DNA of 64,000 bases from an uncultured bacterium (GTDB taxonomy: Bacteria > Bacillota_I > Bacilli_A > RFN20 > CAG-826). The translations under genes and the position numbers were made by a program. The DNA is taken from contig CASFCL010000002.1 of assembly GCA_949293255.1 (NCBI GenBank), positions 30,395 to 94,394 of the forward strand, in the 5' to 3' direction. Numbering within the stretch: the first letter of the stretch is position 1; each line of letters opens with the position of its first letter. A model generated the notes under the pieces. That model did no database searches and had not been told where the DNA came from. It saw only the letters and a program-made list of their open reading frames with translations. Shown here one piece after another: positions 10,314-20,400 of the stretch.

Positions 10314-12344
10314 TTATTCTTCTCCTTTCACATCTTGTACGTTTTGCGCTTCAGTTAAATAGTCGTCTAAAACTTCTTTTAGTTGTTCTTCAGCTTGTCT
10401 GATACTTACATTTTTTAAAAGTGTTGCAGCTGATGAGAAATGTCCGCCACCGTTCATTTTTTCAACAAGGACTTGAACATTAATTGATCCATCGCTTCTT
10501 GCAGAAATTCTGACATCGTTTTCACCAGTTCTACCGATGACAAATGCTGCATGAATGTCTTTTAATTGCATACATTGATTTGCAACTTTTGCAAGCAATG
10601 TTCTTTCAACAACGTCATCATCATCACAACAACAATAAACAACTCCATAATAAGGCGTTTTCATTGTTCCAATAACTTTATTAATAAGTTTGTATTCTTC
10701 AAAATCATCTTTTAACATTTCATCAGCTTTACCGTTATCAGCTCCAAAATCTTTTAAAACCATACAAGCTTCAAATGTTCTATAACTTGTAGTTTTTGAT
10801 TTTAAGAATGTTGTATCTAAGAAAATTCCAGCAAGCATAAATGTTGCAATTGTTTGATTAATCTTAAAGTCTTTTGGCTTTTTGGTCATGTATCTTATAA
10901 ATTCAGCAACAATTTCACTAGCTGACGAGGCACCAGTTTCAACATATTGTAAAACAGGGCTTTCAATAAAGTCTTCACTTCTTCTATGATGATCAATAAC
11001 AACAACCTTTTTGGTTCTTTCTAAAAGATCAGGGCACATTGTAAGTCTAGGTCTAGAAACATCGACTACAATTAATAAAGTTGAGTTTTTAACTTTTTCA
11101 AGAGAGTCTCTATTAGAAACAAAAATTTCTGAATATTCTTCTTTTGAGAAAGTTCCTTTCATTGCTGTTCTTGTTTTCTTTTCAATATTTCTATCATCAA
11201 CAACAATATTTGCAGAAATTCCACATCCACGAACAATTCCATAAACACCTAAAGCTGCTCCAAGAGCATCCATATCCATATCGGTATGTCCCATAATAAG
11301 AACGTTTCCTGCTCTTTCAATTAAATTAACAAGAGAATCTGCTGTTTGACGGACGTGAACACGATTTCTTTTTGAAATTGATTCAGTTTTTCCACCAAAG
11401 AAAGCTAATTCATAACCATATTTATTAACAACTGCTTGGTCACCACCTCTAGACATCGCAATATCGACTGCATTTGATGCCATTTCATATAACTTATTAA
11501 CATCTGGGAACATGTGACCAATACCAATTGATAGGGTAGGTTGAACTTGATCATCTTTTGTGATTTGTTTTACTTTTTCAAGTAATGAGAATCCATCATT
11601 CTCTACTTCTGCTAAATCTTCATAAGTACAAACGCAAATGTAAGAGTCGTTTTTGAAGTTTTTCAAAAGCATTTTATGTTCTTTAGCGTATTGGATGATT
11701 TCGTTTTTAACTTTTGCGATTGTGTCACTAATATCATCATCATTACCACCGATATCTTGATAGTTATCAATTGTAATAATACCAACACAAGTTGCTTGAC
11801 CTTCACATTGTTTTCTCCACTTTTCACTAGTGGTAATATCTAAAAATACGAATACTCCGGCAGTTCTTAGATATTTAACATTGTAGGTATTATCTCCAAT
11901 ATTAACTGTTAATTCATATCCACCTTCACTTTTTGTGAAGTTATCAAACATTTTGTTCCATTCAAATATGTTTTGATTAACAATATCGATTCCTCTTGAA
12001 TATAAGAAATTTGATTGCCATAAGACAACTCCTTCTTTATCAACAGTAACCATGCCCATTTGGGCAAAGTTGTATGCTTCTTCAACATCGTTTCCTAAAA
12101 CTTGCTTTGTTCTTAAATCACCCTTTTTTCTTAAAGCTGAAACAGAATAAAGCATTGAGAATAAAAAGATGTTATCGATAAAAATTAAAACCAAAAATCC
12201 ATAAGCAAAATATTCTGGCTTTACTAAGTCATAAAGATCCCAAATATTAAGTAAATAGATGGTAATAAAAACTCCAACTACCACTATTTGGAAAAGAGAG
12301 ACGAATAATGTAACTAATTTATATTGATTAATTTTCTTGTTCAT
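10314..12344 (-). CDS. gdpP: c-di-AMP phosphodiesterase (TM-PAS-degenerate GGDEF-DHH-DHHA1)
   Basis: Two N-terminal TM segments, RGGDQAV, GHTDMDMDALG, IDHHR, GGGH; canonical gdpP-rplI-dnaB order. Confidence 0.93.
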   Translation of the reverse strand: MNKKINQYKLVTLFVSLFQIVVVGVFITIYLLNIWDLYDLVKPEYFAYGFLVLIFIDNIFLFSMLYSVSALRKKGDLRTKQVLGNDVEEAYNFAQMGMVTVDKEGVVLWQSNFLYSRGIDIVNQNIFEWNKMFDNFTKSEGGYELTVNIGDNTYNVKYLRTAGVFVFLDITTSEKWRKQCEGQATCVGIITIDNYQDIGGNDDDISDTIAKVKNEIIQYAKEHKMLLKNFKNDSYICVCTYEDLAEVENDGFSLLEKVKQITKDDQVQPTLSIGIGHMFPDVNKLYEMASNAVDIAMSRGGDQAVVNKYGYELAFFGGKTESISKRNRVHVRQTADSLVNLIERAGNVLIMGHTDMDMDALGAALGVYGIVRGCGISANIVVDDRNIEKKTRTAMKGTFSKEEYSEIFVSNRDSLEKVKNSTLLIVVDVSRPRLTMCPDLLERTKKVVVIDHHRRSEDFIESPVLQYVETGASSASEIVAEFIRYMTKKPKDFKINQTIATFMLAGIFLDTTFLKSKTTSYRTFEACMVLKDFGADNGKADEMLKDDFEEYKLINKVIGTMKTPYYGVVYCCCDDDDVVERTLLAKVANQCMQLKDIHAAFVIGRTGENDVRISARSDGSINVQVLVEKMNGGGHFSSAATLLKNVSIRQAEEQLKEVLDDYLTEAQNVQDVKGEE

Positions 12345-12354
12345 AAAATTTCAC

Positions 12355-12378
12355 TTTTTCTATTATACAATAGAAAAA
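12355..12378 (-). promoter_or_regulatory. gdpP promoter -10 (TGTATAAT) inside a 10-bp inverted repeat
   Basis: TTTTTCTATT-N4-AATAGAAAAA; TATAAT at 12367-12362. Confidence 0.55.
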
Positions 12379-12405
12379 ACTTAAAGTGTTAAAAAAACAG
12401 AAAAA

Positions 12406-12906
12406 TTATTTCTTCTTATTAGAGACGTTTAAATTGAACAATTGTTTTCCTTTTTTATAGATTTCTGTAATAAACTCACCGCTTTCATCGTAATCCTCTA
12501 AAAAATAAAGAAAAACTCTTTTTTGGAATTCGCTTTCGAGGTTTTCTTGTAGTTTAAATTTATTAATTGTTGTAATTTCTCCGCACACTAAAAACTCTAA
12601 AGAGCTCTTTTCATCGGCTTTTCCAATCGCATAATCTCCAAAAACATAACCTGATGTGGCGTTATATTTTAATAATATTGGAATTGAAATGAATTTAATT
12701 TGTTTAAGTTTATAAATTCCGTGATCTCTATCATACTTTACAATACTTCTAAGCCTAAAAAGAATTAATTCAGCTAACCAAGATGGCATTGAATTTGTTC
12801 CTTCTTCATAATTTTGATAGGTACGATAAGGCATATTTAATAATTGAGCTAATTCTTTTTGAGTATATCCGTTTTTTAATCTATATCTACGTAAACGACT
12901 GTTCAT
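12406..12906 (-). CDS. XRE HTH fused to a degenerate MNT-type nucleotidyltransferase domain
   Basis: TQKELAQLLNMPYRTYQNYEEG helix-turn-helix, then YVFGDYAIGKADEKSSLEFLV. Start moved to ATG 12906, 6 nt after TGTATAAT. Confidence 0.8.
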   Translation of the reverse strand: MNSRLRRYRLKNGYTQKELAQLLNMPYRTYQNYEEGTNSMPSWLAELILFRLRSIVKYDRDHGIYKLKQIKFISIPILLKYNATSGYVFGDYAIGKADEKSSLEFLVCGEITTINKFKLQENLESEFQKRVFLYFLEDYDESGEFITEIYKKGKQLFNLNVSNKKK

Positions 12907-13031
12907 AAATCGATTATACACCTATTAAGTGTGTTGTGAAAAATTAAAGTCAAAAAATTAAGGAATTTTTAGTCAAAAAAAGGCAAAAATTTTACTCATT
13001 TTTTGACACTATACAAAAATTAAAAATCATC

Positions 13032-13058
13032 AAAAACCTTGCATTTTTTAACTATTTT
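13032..13058 (+). repeat. Dispersed motif B, intergenic copy
   Basis: AAAAACCTTGCA-N6-AACTATTTT, same spacing as 39647 and 6431. Confidence 0.65.
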
Positions 13059-13249
13059 GGCCTTTTTTTGCTAATTTTTAACTAATTTTACTCACTAAAA
13101 AACTACTAATTTTTAATTACAAAAATTTAACTTTTATTTTTATAAAAAAGTCTTTATATTTTTAAGGCCTAAAGGAAAACAACATACTAAGTCGTTAAAA
13201 ACGGAAAGTAGTTTCATATTTTAGACGCCCACTTAAAAAGGAGAACGTT

Positions 13250-15631
13250 ATGATATCAGTAAAGAAAAGAGATGGAAAAATTGTTGATTTTGACTTACAC
13301 AAAATTGAATCCGCTATCGAAAGAGCATTTGTTGCTTGCGGAAAAGTTTACAATTCACAAATTATCGAACTTATCGCTTTAAAAGCAAGTTCAAACTTCA
13401 ACACAAAAATTGAAAATAATGTAGTATCAGTCGAAGATATTCAAGATGCTGTTGAAATTTCTTTAATTCAAGCAGGCTATGTTGATGTTGCTAAAGCCTA
13501 TATTAAATATAGACAACAACACGAAGCTTTAAGACAAATTAAACAAACAGAATTAGATTATAAGAAAACAGTCGACAACTACTTAAATATTAATGACTGG
13601 AGAGTTAAAGAAAATTCCACTGTTACTTATTCAGTTGGTGGTTTAATTCTTTCTAACAGCGGCGCTGTCACTGCTAACTATTGGTTAAGCGAAGTCTACG
13701 ATAAAGAAATCGCTGATGCACATAGAAATGCTGATATCCATCTTCATGATTTAAGTATGCTTACTGGCTACTGTGCTGGTTGGTCATTAAAGCAATTAAT
13801 TCAAGAAGGTCTTGGTGGAGTTACAGGAAAGATCACTTCTTCCCCTGCTTCTCACCTTTCAACCCTTTGCAATCAAATGGTTAACTTCTTAGGAATTATG
13901 CAAAATGAATGGGCTGGTGCTCAAGCTTTCTCCTCATTTGATACATATCTTGCTCCATTTGTTAAAGTTGATCACTTAACATACAAAGAAGTTAAACAAT
14001 GTATTCAATCATTTATCTTCGGTGTTAACACTCCATCAAGACGGGGAACTCAATCACCATTTACAAACATTACATTAGATTGGACAGTTCCAAATGATTT
14101 AGCTGAATTAAATTGTATTGTTGGTGGAAAAGAACAACCATTCAAATATAAAGATTGTAAAAAAGAAATGGATATGATCAATAAAGCATTCATCGAAGTT
14201 ATGATCGAAGGTGATGCTAATGGAAGAGGCTTCCAATATCCAATCCCAACATACTCAATTACAAAAGATTTTGATTGGTCAGATACTGAAAATAATAGAT
14301 TATTATTCGAAATGACCGCAAAATACGGTACTCCATACTTCTCAAACTATATCAATTCAGATATGCAACCAAGCGATGTTAGAAGTATGTGCTGTAGATT
14401 AAGATTAGATCTTAGAGAATTAAGAAAGAAATCAGGCGGCTTCTTTGGAAGCGGTGAATCTACCGGTAGTATTGGTGTTGTTACAATCAATATGCCAAGA
14501 ATTGCTTACCTTTCAACAGATGAAAATGATTTCTATGCAAGATTAGAAAAATTAATGAACATTGCAGCAAGATCATTAAAAATTAAACGTGATTTTGTTA
14601 CAAAACTTCTCGAAGCAGGATTATATCCATATACAAAGAGATATTTAGGAACATTCAACAACCACTTCTCCACTATCGGATTAGTTGGTATGAATGAAGC
14701 TTGTTTAAATGCTAGATGGATTAAAGAAGATTTAACTCATGAAAAAGCTGAAGAATTCACAGTAAATGTTCTTAACTTCATGAGAACAAAATTATCTGAC
14801 TATCAAGTTCAATATGGAGACTTATATAACCTTGAAGCTACTCCAGCAGAATCAACATCTTATCGTTTAGCAAAGCATGATAAAGAAAGATATCCAGACA
14901 TTATTACTGCTAGTATGAATGGAGAAACTCCATATTATACAAACTCAAGCCACTTACCAGTTGGTTATACAGAAGATTTATTTGAAGCTCTTGATAAAGA
15001 AGATCAATTCCAAACATTATACACATCAGGTACAGTCTTCCACTGTTTCTTAGGTCAAAAATTACCAGATTGGAAATCATGTATGAATCTTGTAAGAAAG
15101 ATTGCTGAAAATTACAAACTTCCTTACTACACCATGTCTCCAACATATTCTGTCTGTAAAAACCATGGTTACCTTGAAGGCGAACAAAAAGTTTGTCCAC
15201 ACTGTGGTTCAGCAACTGAAGTCTACTCAAGAATTACTGGTTACTATAGACCTATTCAAAACCGGAACGATGGTAAAACTCAAGAATTCAAAGATAGAAA
15301 AGAATACGTTCTTGGATCATCACACTTAAAAGAAAGAAAAGTTGAAAAAGAAGTTGAAACTCTAAACATCATTCAATCTCAAAAAGCTGATGTTTCAGAA
15401 TTAATGCTCTTCACAACAAAGACATGTCCAAACTGTAAATTAGCAAAATCAATCCTCGATAAAGCAGGAATCCCATATAAAGTCATCGATGCTGAAGAAA
15501 ATAAAGACGTCGTTCAAGCATATGGAATTAAAAAAGCTCCAACACTCTTAGTTCCTGATAACGATGGATACGATTATTACGAAAACGCATCATTAATTAA
15601 AGGCTTTGTCGAAAGTCACAAAGCCATGTAA
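13250..15631 (+). CDS. nrdD: Anaerobic (class III) ribonucleoside-triphosphate reductase with N-terminal ATP cone and C-terminal glutaredoxin/NrdH-like domain
   Basis: ATP cone KKRDGKIVDFD, RSMCCRL, EATPAE, Zn site CKNH...CPHC, glycyl-radical RITGYYRP, C-terminal TCPNC redoxin; SD AAGGAG. Confidence 0.95.
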   Translation: MISVKKRDGKIVDFDLHKIESAIERAFVACGKVYNSQIIELIALKASSNFNTKIENNVVSVEDIQDAVEISLIQAGYVDVAKAYIKYRQQHEALRQIKQTELDYKKTVDNYLNINDWRVKENSTVTYSVGGLILSNSGAVTANYWLSEVYDKEIADAHRNADIHLHDLSMLTGYCAGWSLKQLIQEGLGGVTGKITSSPASHLSTLCNQMVNFLGIMQNEWAGAQAFSSFDTYLAPFVKVDHLTYKEVKQCIQSFIFGVNTPSRRGTQSPFTNITLDWTVPNDLAELNCIVGGKEQPFKYKDCKKEMDMINKAFIEVMIEGDANGRGFQYPIPTYSITKDFDWSDTENNRLLFEMTAKYGTPYFSNYINSDMQPSDVRSMCCRLRLDLRELRKKSGGFFGSGESTGSIGVVTINMPRIAYLSTDENDFYARLEKLMNIAARSLKIKRDFVTKLLEAGLYPYTKRYLGTFNNHFSTIGLVGMNEACLNARWIKEDLTHEKAEEFTVNVLNFMRTKLSDYQVQYGDLYNLEATPAESTSYRLAKHDKERYPDIITASMNGETPYYTNSSHLPVGYTEDLFEALDKEDQFQTLYTSGTVFHCFLGQKLPDWKSCMNLVRKIAENYKLPYYTMSPTYSVCKNHGYLEGEQKVCPHCGSATEVYSRITGYYRPIQNRNDGKTQEFKDRKEYVLGSSHLKERKVEKEVETLNIIQSQKADVSELMLFTTKTCPNCKLAKSILDKAGIPYKVIDAEENKDVVQAYGIKKAPTLLVPDNDGYDYYENASLIKGFVESHKAM

Positions 15632-15636
15632 ATCTT

Positions 15637-16560
15637 ATGATTAAAGATTTAATAGTAATAGGAGGTGGGCCTTCAGGGCTCACCTCTTGCTTATATGCCT
15701 TAAGAGCCGGTAAATCTGTATTACTTCTTGAAAAAGAAAATATTGGTGGTCAAATTTCAATCTCCCCAAGAGTTGAAAATTTCCCATCAATCAAAAAAAT
15801 CTCCGGGATGGAGCTCGCTAATAACTTATTTGAACAAATTAGCGATCTTGGAGTTGAATTTGAACTTGATTCTTGTAATAAAATTACAAAAACCGACCAT
15901 AATACCTTCTGGATTGAAGGCGATTTTTCCTGCTATGAAGCAAAAGCTGTAATTGTTGCTACCGGTGTTAAACATCGCCACATCAACGTTCCAAAAGAAC
16001 AAGAATTAATTGGTCATGGTGTCTCATATTGTGCTGTTTGTGATGGTGCCTTTTATAAAGGTGAAGATGTTTGCTTAATTGGAGATGCAAACACTGCATT
16101 ACAATATGCAATTTTGCTTTCTGGATATTGTAATAAAGTTTATTTAAATACGCTTTTCGATAAATTCTTTGGTGATGATATTTTAGTAAATGAAGTAAAA
16201 GCAAAACCTAATATTATCATTCAACAAAACTTAAATTTAGAAGAATTTTATACCGATGAAAAAGGTGAATTAAACGGATTAAGATTTAAAGATACAAAGA
16301 CTCAACAAGATTATAAATTTGATGTAAAAGGTTGCTTTATTGCAATCGGTCAAGTACCTGATAATCAAAAATTTGCCGATCTAGTCGAATTAAATCCAAA
16401 CGGATTCATCATTACAAACGAAAATATGCAAACAAAGACTCCAGGAATATTTGCTTCAGGTGATTGTAGAGAAAAAGCAGTTAGACAATTAACTACTGCT
16501 TGTGGAGATGGAGCTATTGCTGCTGTTTACGCTTGTAGATATATTGATTCATTAAAATAA
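15637..16560 (+). CDS. trxB: Thioredoxin reductase-type FAD oxidoreductase
   Basis: IGGGPSGL, GVSYCAVCDG, GIFASGD...RQLTTACGDGA. Confidence 0.9.
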   Translation: MIKDLIVIGGGPSGLTSCLYALRAGKSVLLLEKENIGGQISISPRVENFPSIKKISGMELANNLFEQISDLGVEFELDSCNKITKTDHNTFWIEGDFSCYEAKAVIVATGVKHRHINVPKEQELIGHGVSYCAVCDGAFYKGEDVCLIGDANTALQYAILLSGYCNKVYLNTLFDKFFGDDILVNEVKAKPNIIIQQNLNLEEFYTDEKGELNGLRFKDTKTQQDYKFDVKGCFIAIGQVPDNQKFADLVELNPNGFIITNENMQTKTPGIFASGDCREKAVRQLTTACGDGAIAAVYACRYIDSLK

Positions 16561-16561
16561 C

Positions 16562-16587
16562 AAAATGGTCGAAAGACCATTTTTTTT
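16562..16587. terminator. Bidirectional intrinsic terminator between trxB and the DUF1848 gene
   Basis: AAAATGGTC-GAAA-GACCATTTT plus T-run. Confidence 0.85.
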
Positions 16588-17476
16588 AATCGTGTCTTTC
16601 TACTATTTTTGAGGTAGATTTTACTCTTCCTATAAGTAAAGAAGAATTATCAAAGTGATTCATTAAGTTTTTAGAAATTGAATGTTCATCAAAATTTGCA
16701 TAACAATATTTACAATAATTTGAACAAGTATTGTATGCACCAATATCCACCACTTGCACACAATTACAAAACTTATTTTTTCTAGCGTTCCGTTTTGGAA
16801 ATTCTTTTCCTGTTAAATGTTTAATAAATTCCTTTCCTAAACATTCGCCTTTTATAAAACCATATTCAAAAAAATCATTTTCTTCTGCACAAGTTTGAAC
16901 TAATTTTCCGTTTTCATCGGCAATTTTTGAAAATTCTATGCCTATTTTCTTATAGTCTTCTTTCGTAAAAGGAATGATATTCAAATCTTTCATATTTTTC
17001 TTTACGTTTTTATAAATATCAATAAAAGAAACGATGATTGTTTTTATGTTTTTATCAAGTTGAGAGCACAATTTTTTAAAAGCTCTTATATGATAATCAA
17101 CATTATATTTTTTAATAAGAAAAACAGGATCATATCGAACAAAAACTCTATTTGGACCTAAAAGTCTAGCTAATCTATTTGTACATTCGATTATATCTAT
17201 TTTGTTTTTTACATTAGGCTCGATATCTTTTTGATAACCTGTAATTGTTACAAAAAATAAAGTTGGTTTTACCATAAATCGATACATATAATTTTCTATA
17301 TTTCGAGGATCTTTTGTTGAAAAAACATATATATCTACATCTTCAAAATAAATTCTTGAAACCATTTCTTTATTAAAAGGGTTTTCAACATCAACAAAAC
17401 CTTCATTTAATCTATTGATTAGCCAAGGTGTGAAATATTTAACAATATCTGTTCTTCCACTTATATGTAAAATCAT
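16586..17476 (-). CDS. DUF1848 family protein (radical-SAM-like CxxxCxxC)
   Basis: MILHISGRTDIVKYFTPWL...VENPFN, RYDPV, DIGAYNTCSNYCKYCYAN. Confidence 0.88.
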   Translation of the reverse strand: MILHISGRTDIVKYFTPWLINRLNEGFVDVENPFNKEMVSRIYFEDVDIYVFSTKDPRNIENYMYRFMVKPTLFFVTITGYQKDIEPNVKNKIDIIECTNRLARLLGPNRVFVRYDPVFLIKKYNVDYHIRAFKKLCSQLDKNIKTIIVSFIDIYKNVKKNMKDLNIIPFTKEDYKKIGIEFSKIADENGKLVQTCAEENDFFEYGFIKGECLGKEFIKHLTGKEFPKRNARKNKFCNCVQVVDIGAYNTCSNYCKYCYANFDEHSISKNLMNHFDNSSLLIGRVKSTSKIVERHD

Positions 17477-20400
17477 TTCTTTAAATCTATTTTTCCTTGA
17501 TTTGTGGTGAAATCTTTATAAAAAGCAAGGATGTAATCAATCATTTCTTTAATTTTTATTGAACTTTGTAAAGAAATTGAGCTCGCACCAAAAGCATAAC
17601 CGACTGATTTAATCATATCTTCTAAAGTTATTTCTCTTTGAAGTTTTAAAATTTCAATCATTGCATTTTTAACTTCAACAATTGGAAGTTGTTCTAAAGA
17701 TCTTTGATAAATAGATGACGTTCTATAATAATCCATAGTGTCTAAATTTATTGATAAAGGATAATAAAAATACCCATTAATTTCTGCAACTTTTTTACTT
17801 TTTACATATCTAAGTTGAATATTAAATAGTCTTTTAACTTTTGGACCAACTCTTTCAAGTCCGAAGAAGTCTTTAAATCTTTGAAGTAAGAGATTTTCTG
17901 AAATTGGACCTTCATAATTAATTACGTTTTCTAAACTTGTAACTAATTCAGGGTACATTCTTTCAACTTGATAGTTCTCATAATTGAACGAATTGAAAAC
18001 TTTATATTTTAAATAATCTTTCTTTCTATGAGATTCATTGGTTTCTGCTTTTTCAAAATTGACATCATCTACTTCAATTTCATCAACGTTATTATCTAAA
18101 TTTTCTAAATTCTCTAAAGCTTTTAAGATATCTTTTATGACTTGATCCTTGTTTTTAAAGTAATCAATTGTAAAAATACGAATTATTTTCCATTTTAATC
18201 TAGTTAAAATTAAAGAATGAACATAGTTTCTATCTCTACATGTAGGGGTGCTTAAATATGTATCACTATCACAAATAATACCTAAAATATACTTTCCTTC
18301 ACTGTTTTTGATACATAAATCAATTTTAAATTTAGAATCTCCGACATTAATATCAGATTCAATTCCTAATTTTGCTAAATCCTCTTTAATGAAATTTTGT
18401 ACACCAATTTCGCTAATAATTTGATTCTTATTTTCTATTTCTAAAGACTCTAATCCTTGTTCAGCATATAAAAGGAATGATTTTAAAACTGCTGCTCCTT
18501 TATTTTTAACTCTTCTTGCATCAATATCTGAAGATTTAATTGAAGAATAAATTATCATTTCTTTTCTAGCTCTAGTTATTGCAACATTTAATCTTCTTTC
18601 ACCTTTATCTAAAGAAAGTGGGCCAAAATTATGTAAAAATTTGCCTTCAGGATTATAACCAAAACCAACAGAGAAAATAATTACATCTCTTTCATCACCT
18701 TGAACGTTTTCTAAATTCTTAATAAATAAAGGATCTTCTTCATTATTAATTAATTCTAAATATTTTGGATTATCCATTACTTCTTTTTGTAATTCTTTAT
18801 AAACAAATTCTTGTTGTTTGATGTTAAAACAAACTATACCGATGCTTTGTTTACTTAAAATTGGGTCATCTAATCTATGAATAATTTCTTTAACAATTGC
18901 TTTAGCTTCAACTTTATTAATTCCTGATTCATAAACACCATCTTTTAAATAATTAAAGGAAACTTTTGATAATTTATTATCAGGAGATGGGAAAGTATAA
19001 AGATTATGATCATAGAAATAATTATTTGAGAAAGCAATTAATGACTCATGAGCAGATCTATAGTGCCATAAAAGTCTATTTCTCTTCATTTTTAAAGTTA
19101 TACAATCATCTAAAAGCGACTCTAAATCTTCATAAACAATGCTTTCATCATATTCATCCAACGATGTAATGTTTGCTTTAAAGAAATTTGTTGGTGGCAT
19201 TTGTTGAGGATCACCTGCAACTATTAAGCTGTTTCCTCTAGAAATTGCACCAATTGCTTCACATGTAGGAATTTGACTTGCTTCATCAAAAATAACGATA
19301 TCGAACTTTTTAGTATCAAGACTTAAATATTGAGCAGCTGATAAAGGAGACATGAAGAAGCAAGGACAGAATGTTCTAATTAAATCTTCATAATCTTCTA
19401 AAATTCCTCTAATAGTTTGTCCTCTTCCACCATTTTTAATTAATTTTCTTAAACTATAAATTTTACTTGATTCAGCATATCTAACATTAGAGACTGGGAA
19501 GTCTTGAGTTAAAATGTTTGCGGTTTTTTCGATAACAAGAGTTGAAAAATTACTAAGTAGCTCATCATATTTTTTAATTGCTTCATTAAAGAGGATGCCA
19601 TTGAATTCATTATAATAAGGATCTTTAAAATAATTGTTTAATATGACTTTATAAACAGAAACTAAAAATCTATTTTTTAGTTCTTCTACACTAAATATAC
19701 CAACTCTATATTTTTGAATTATGTATTTATAAAGACCTAAATCTTCTAGTTCCTTAAGCACACGATTAAAAATAATAAGGTTATAGATTTCGTTCTTTTC
19801 GTCTAATGCCTTATTGAGTGAAGCAATGCATGACCCCATATATGAGGAATCTATTTCGTCAAAATCAGTTAAGAAAACGAAATCATATTTGTTTGAAAAT
19901 TCCGCCTCATAATCTCGAACTTTAGATATTTCTTGAATCATTATTTCAATATTATTTTTGACATTTTCCCCGTCTTTTAAATCAAAAATCTCGCAGAACC
20001 TTAATTTATTTTCTAAAACCTCGTTTTCTGGCATGTCTTTTAAAAGAAGGTCTACCTTATTTAATAAATCTAATCCATTGTCAAATCTAACCAAAAGATT
20101 TTTAAAATTAACTTCAGTTAAATCTTCTGAAATTCTTTCAAATTGTTCTATATATTGAGTTTTTAAGTTTATAGATTGTTCTTCTTCTTTTATTAAATTT
20201 AATAAGAAAAGATACTTTTCAATCTCTTTATTTGTTAACTTATGTTCTTTAATTTCTAAATATGCTTTAAGTTCTCTTTTGATATTGTGCTTAGCAAAAA
20301 ATTTAGTAAAAACATTTCCAGATTTAAGAGTTTCGATAACTTCTTTAATATAATCTTCGTCAATATTTAAAACAGATTTTTTAAATGTTTTAAATAAATA

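Noticed and set aside
13175-13195. NrdR box upstream of nrdD (ACAACATACTAAGT)
   Set aside because: Only one half resembles the consensus and there is no tandem second box.
16586-17476. DUF1848 as substitute activase for the nrdG-less nrdD
   Set aside because: Opposite strand, separated by a terminator, coupled to the helicase, and the Cys motif is C-terminal, unlike NrdG. nrdG may lie outside the window.
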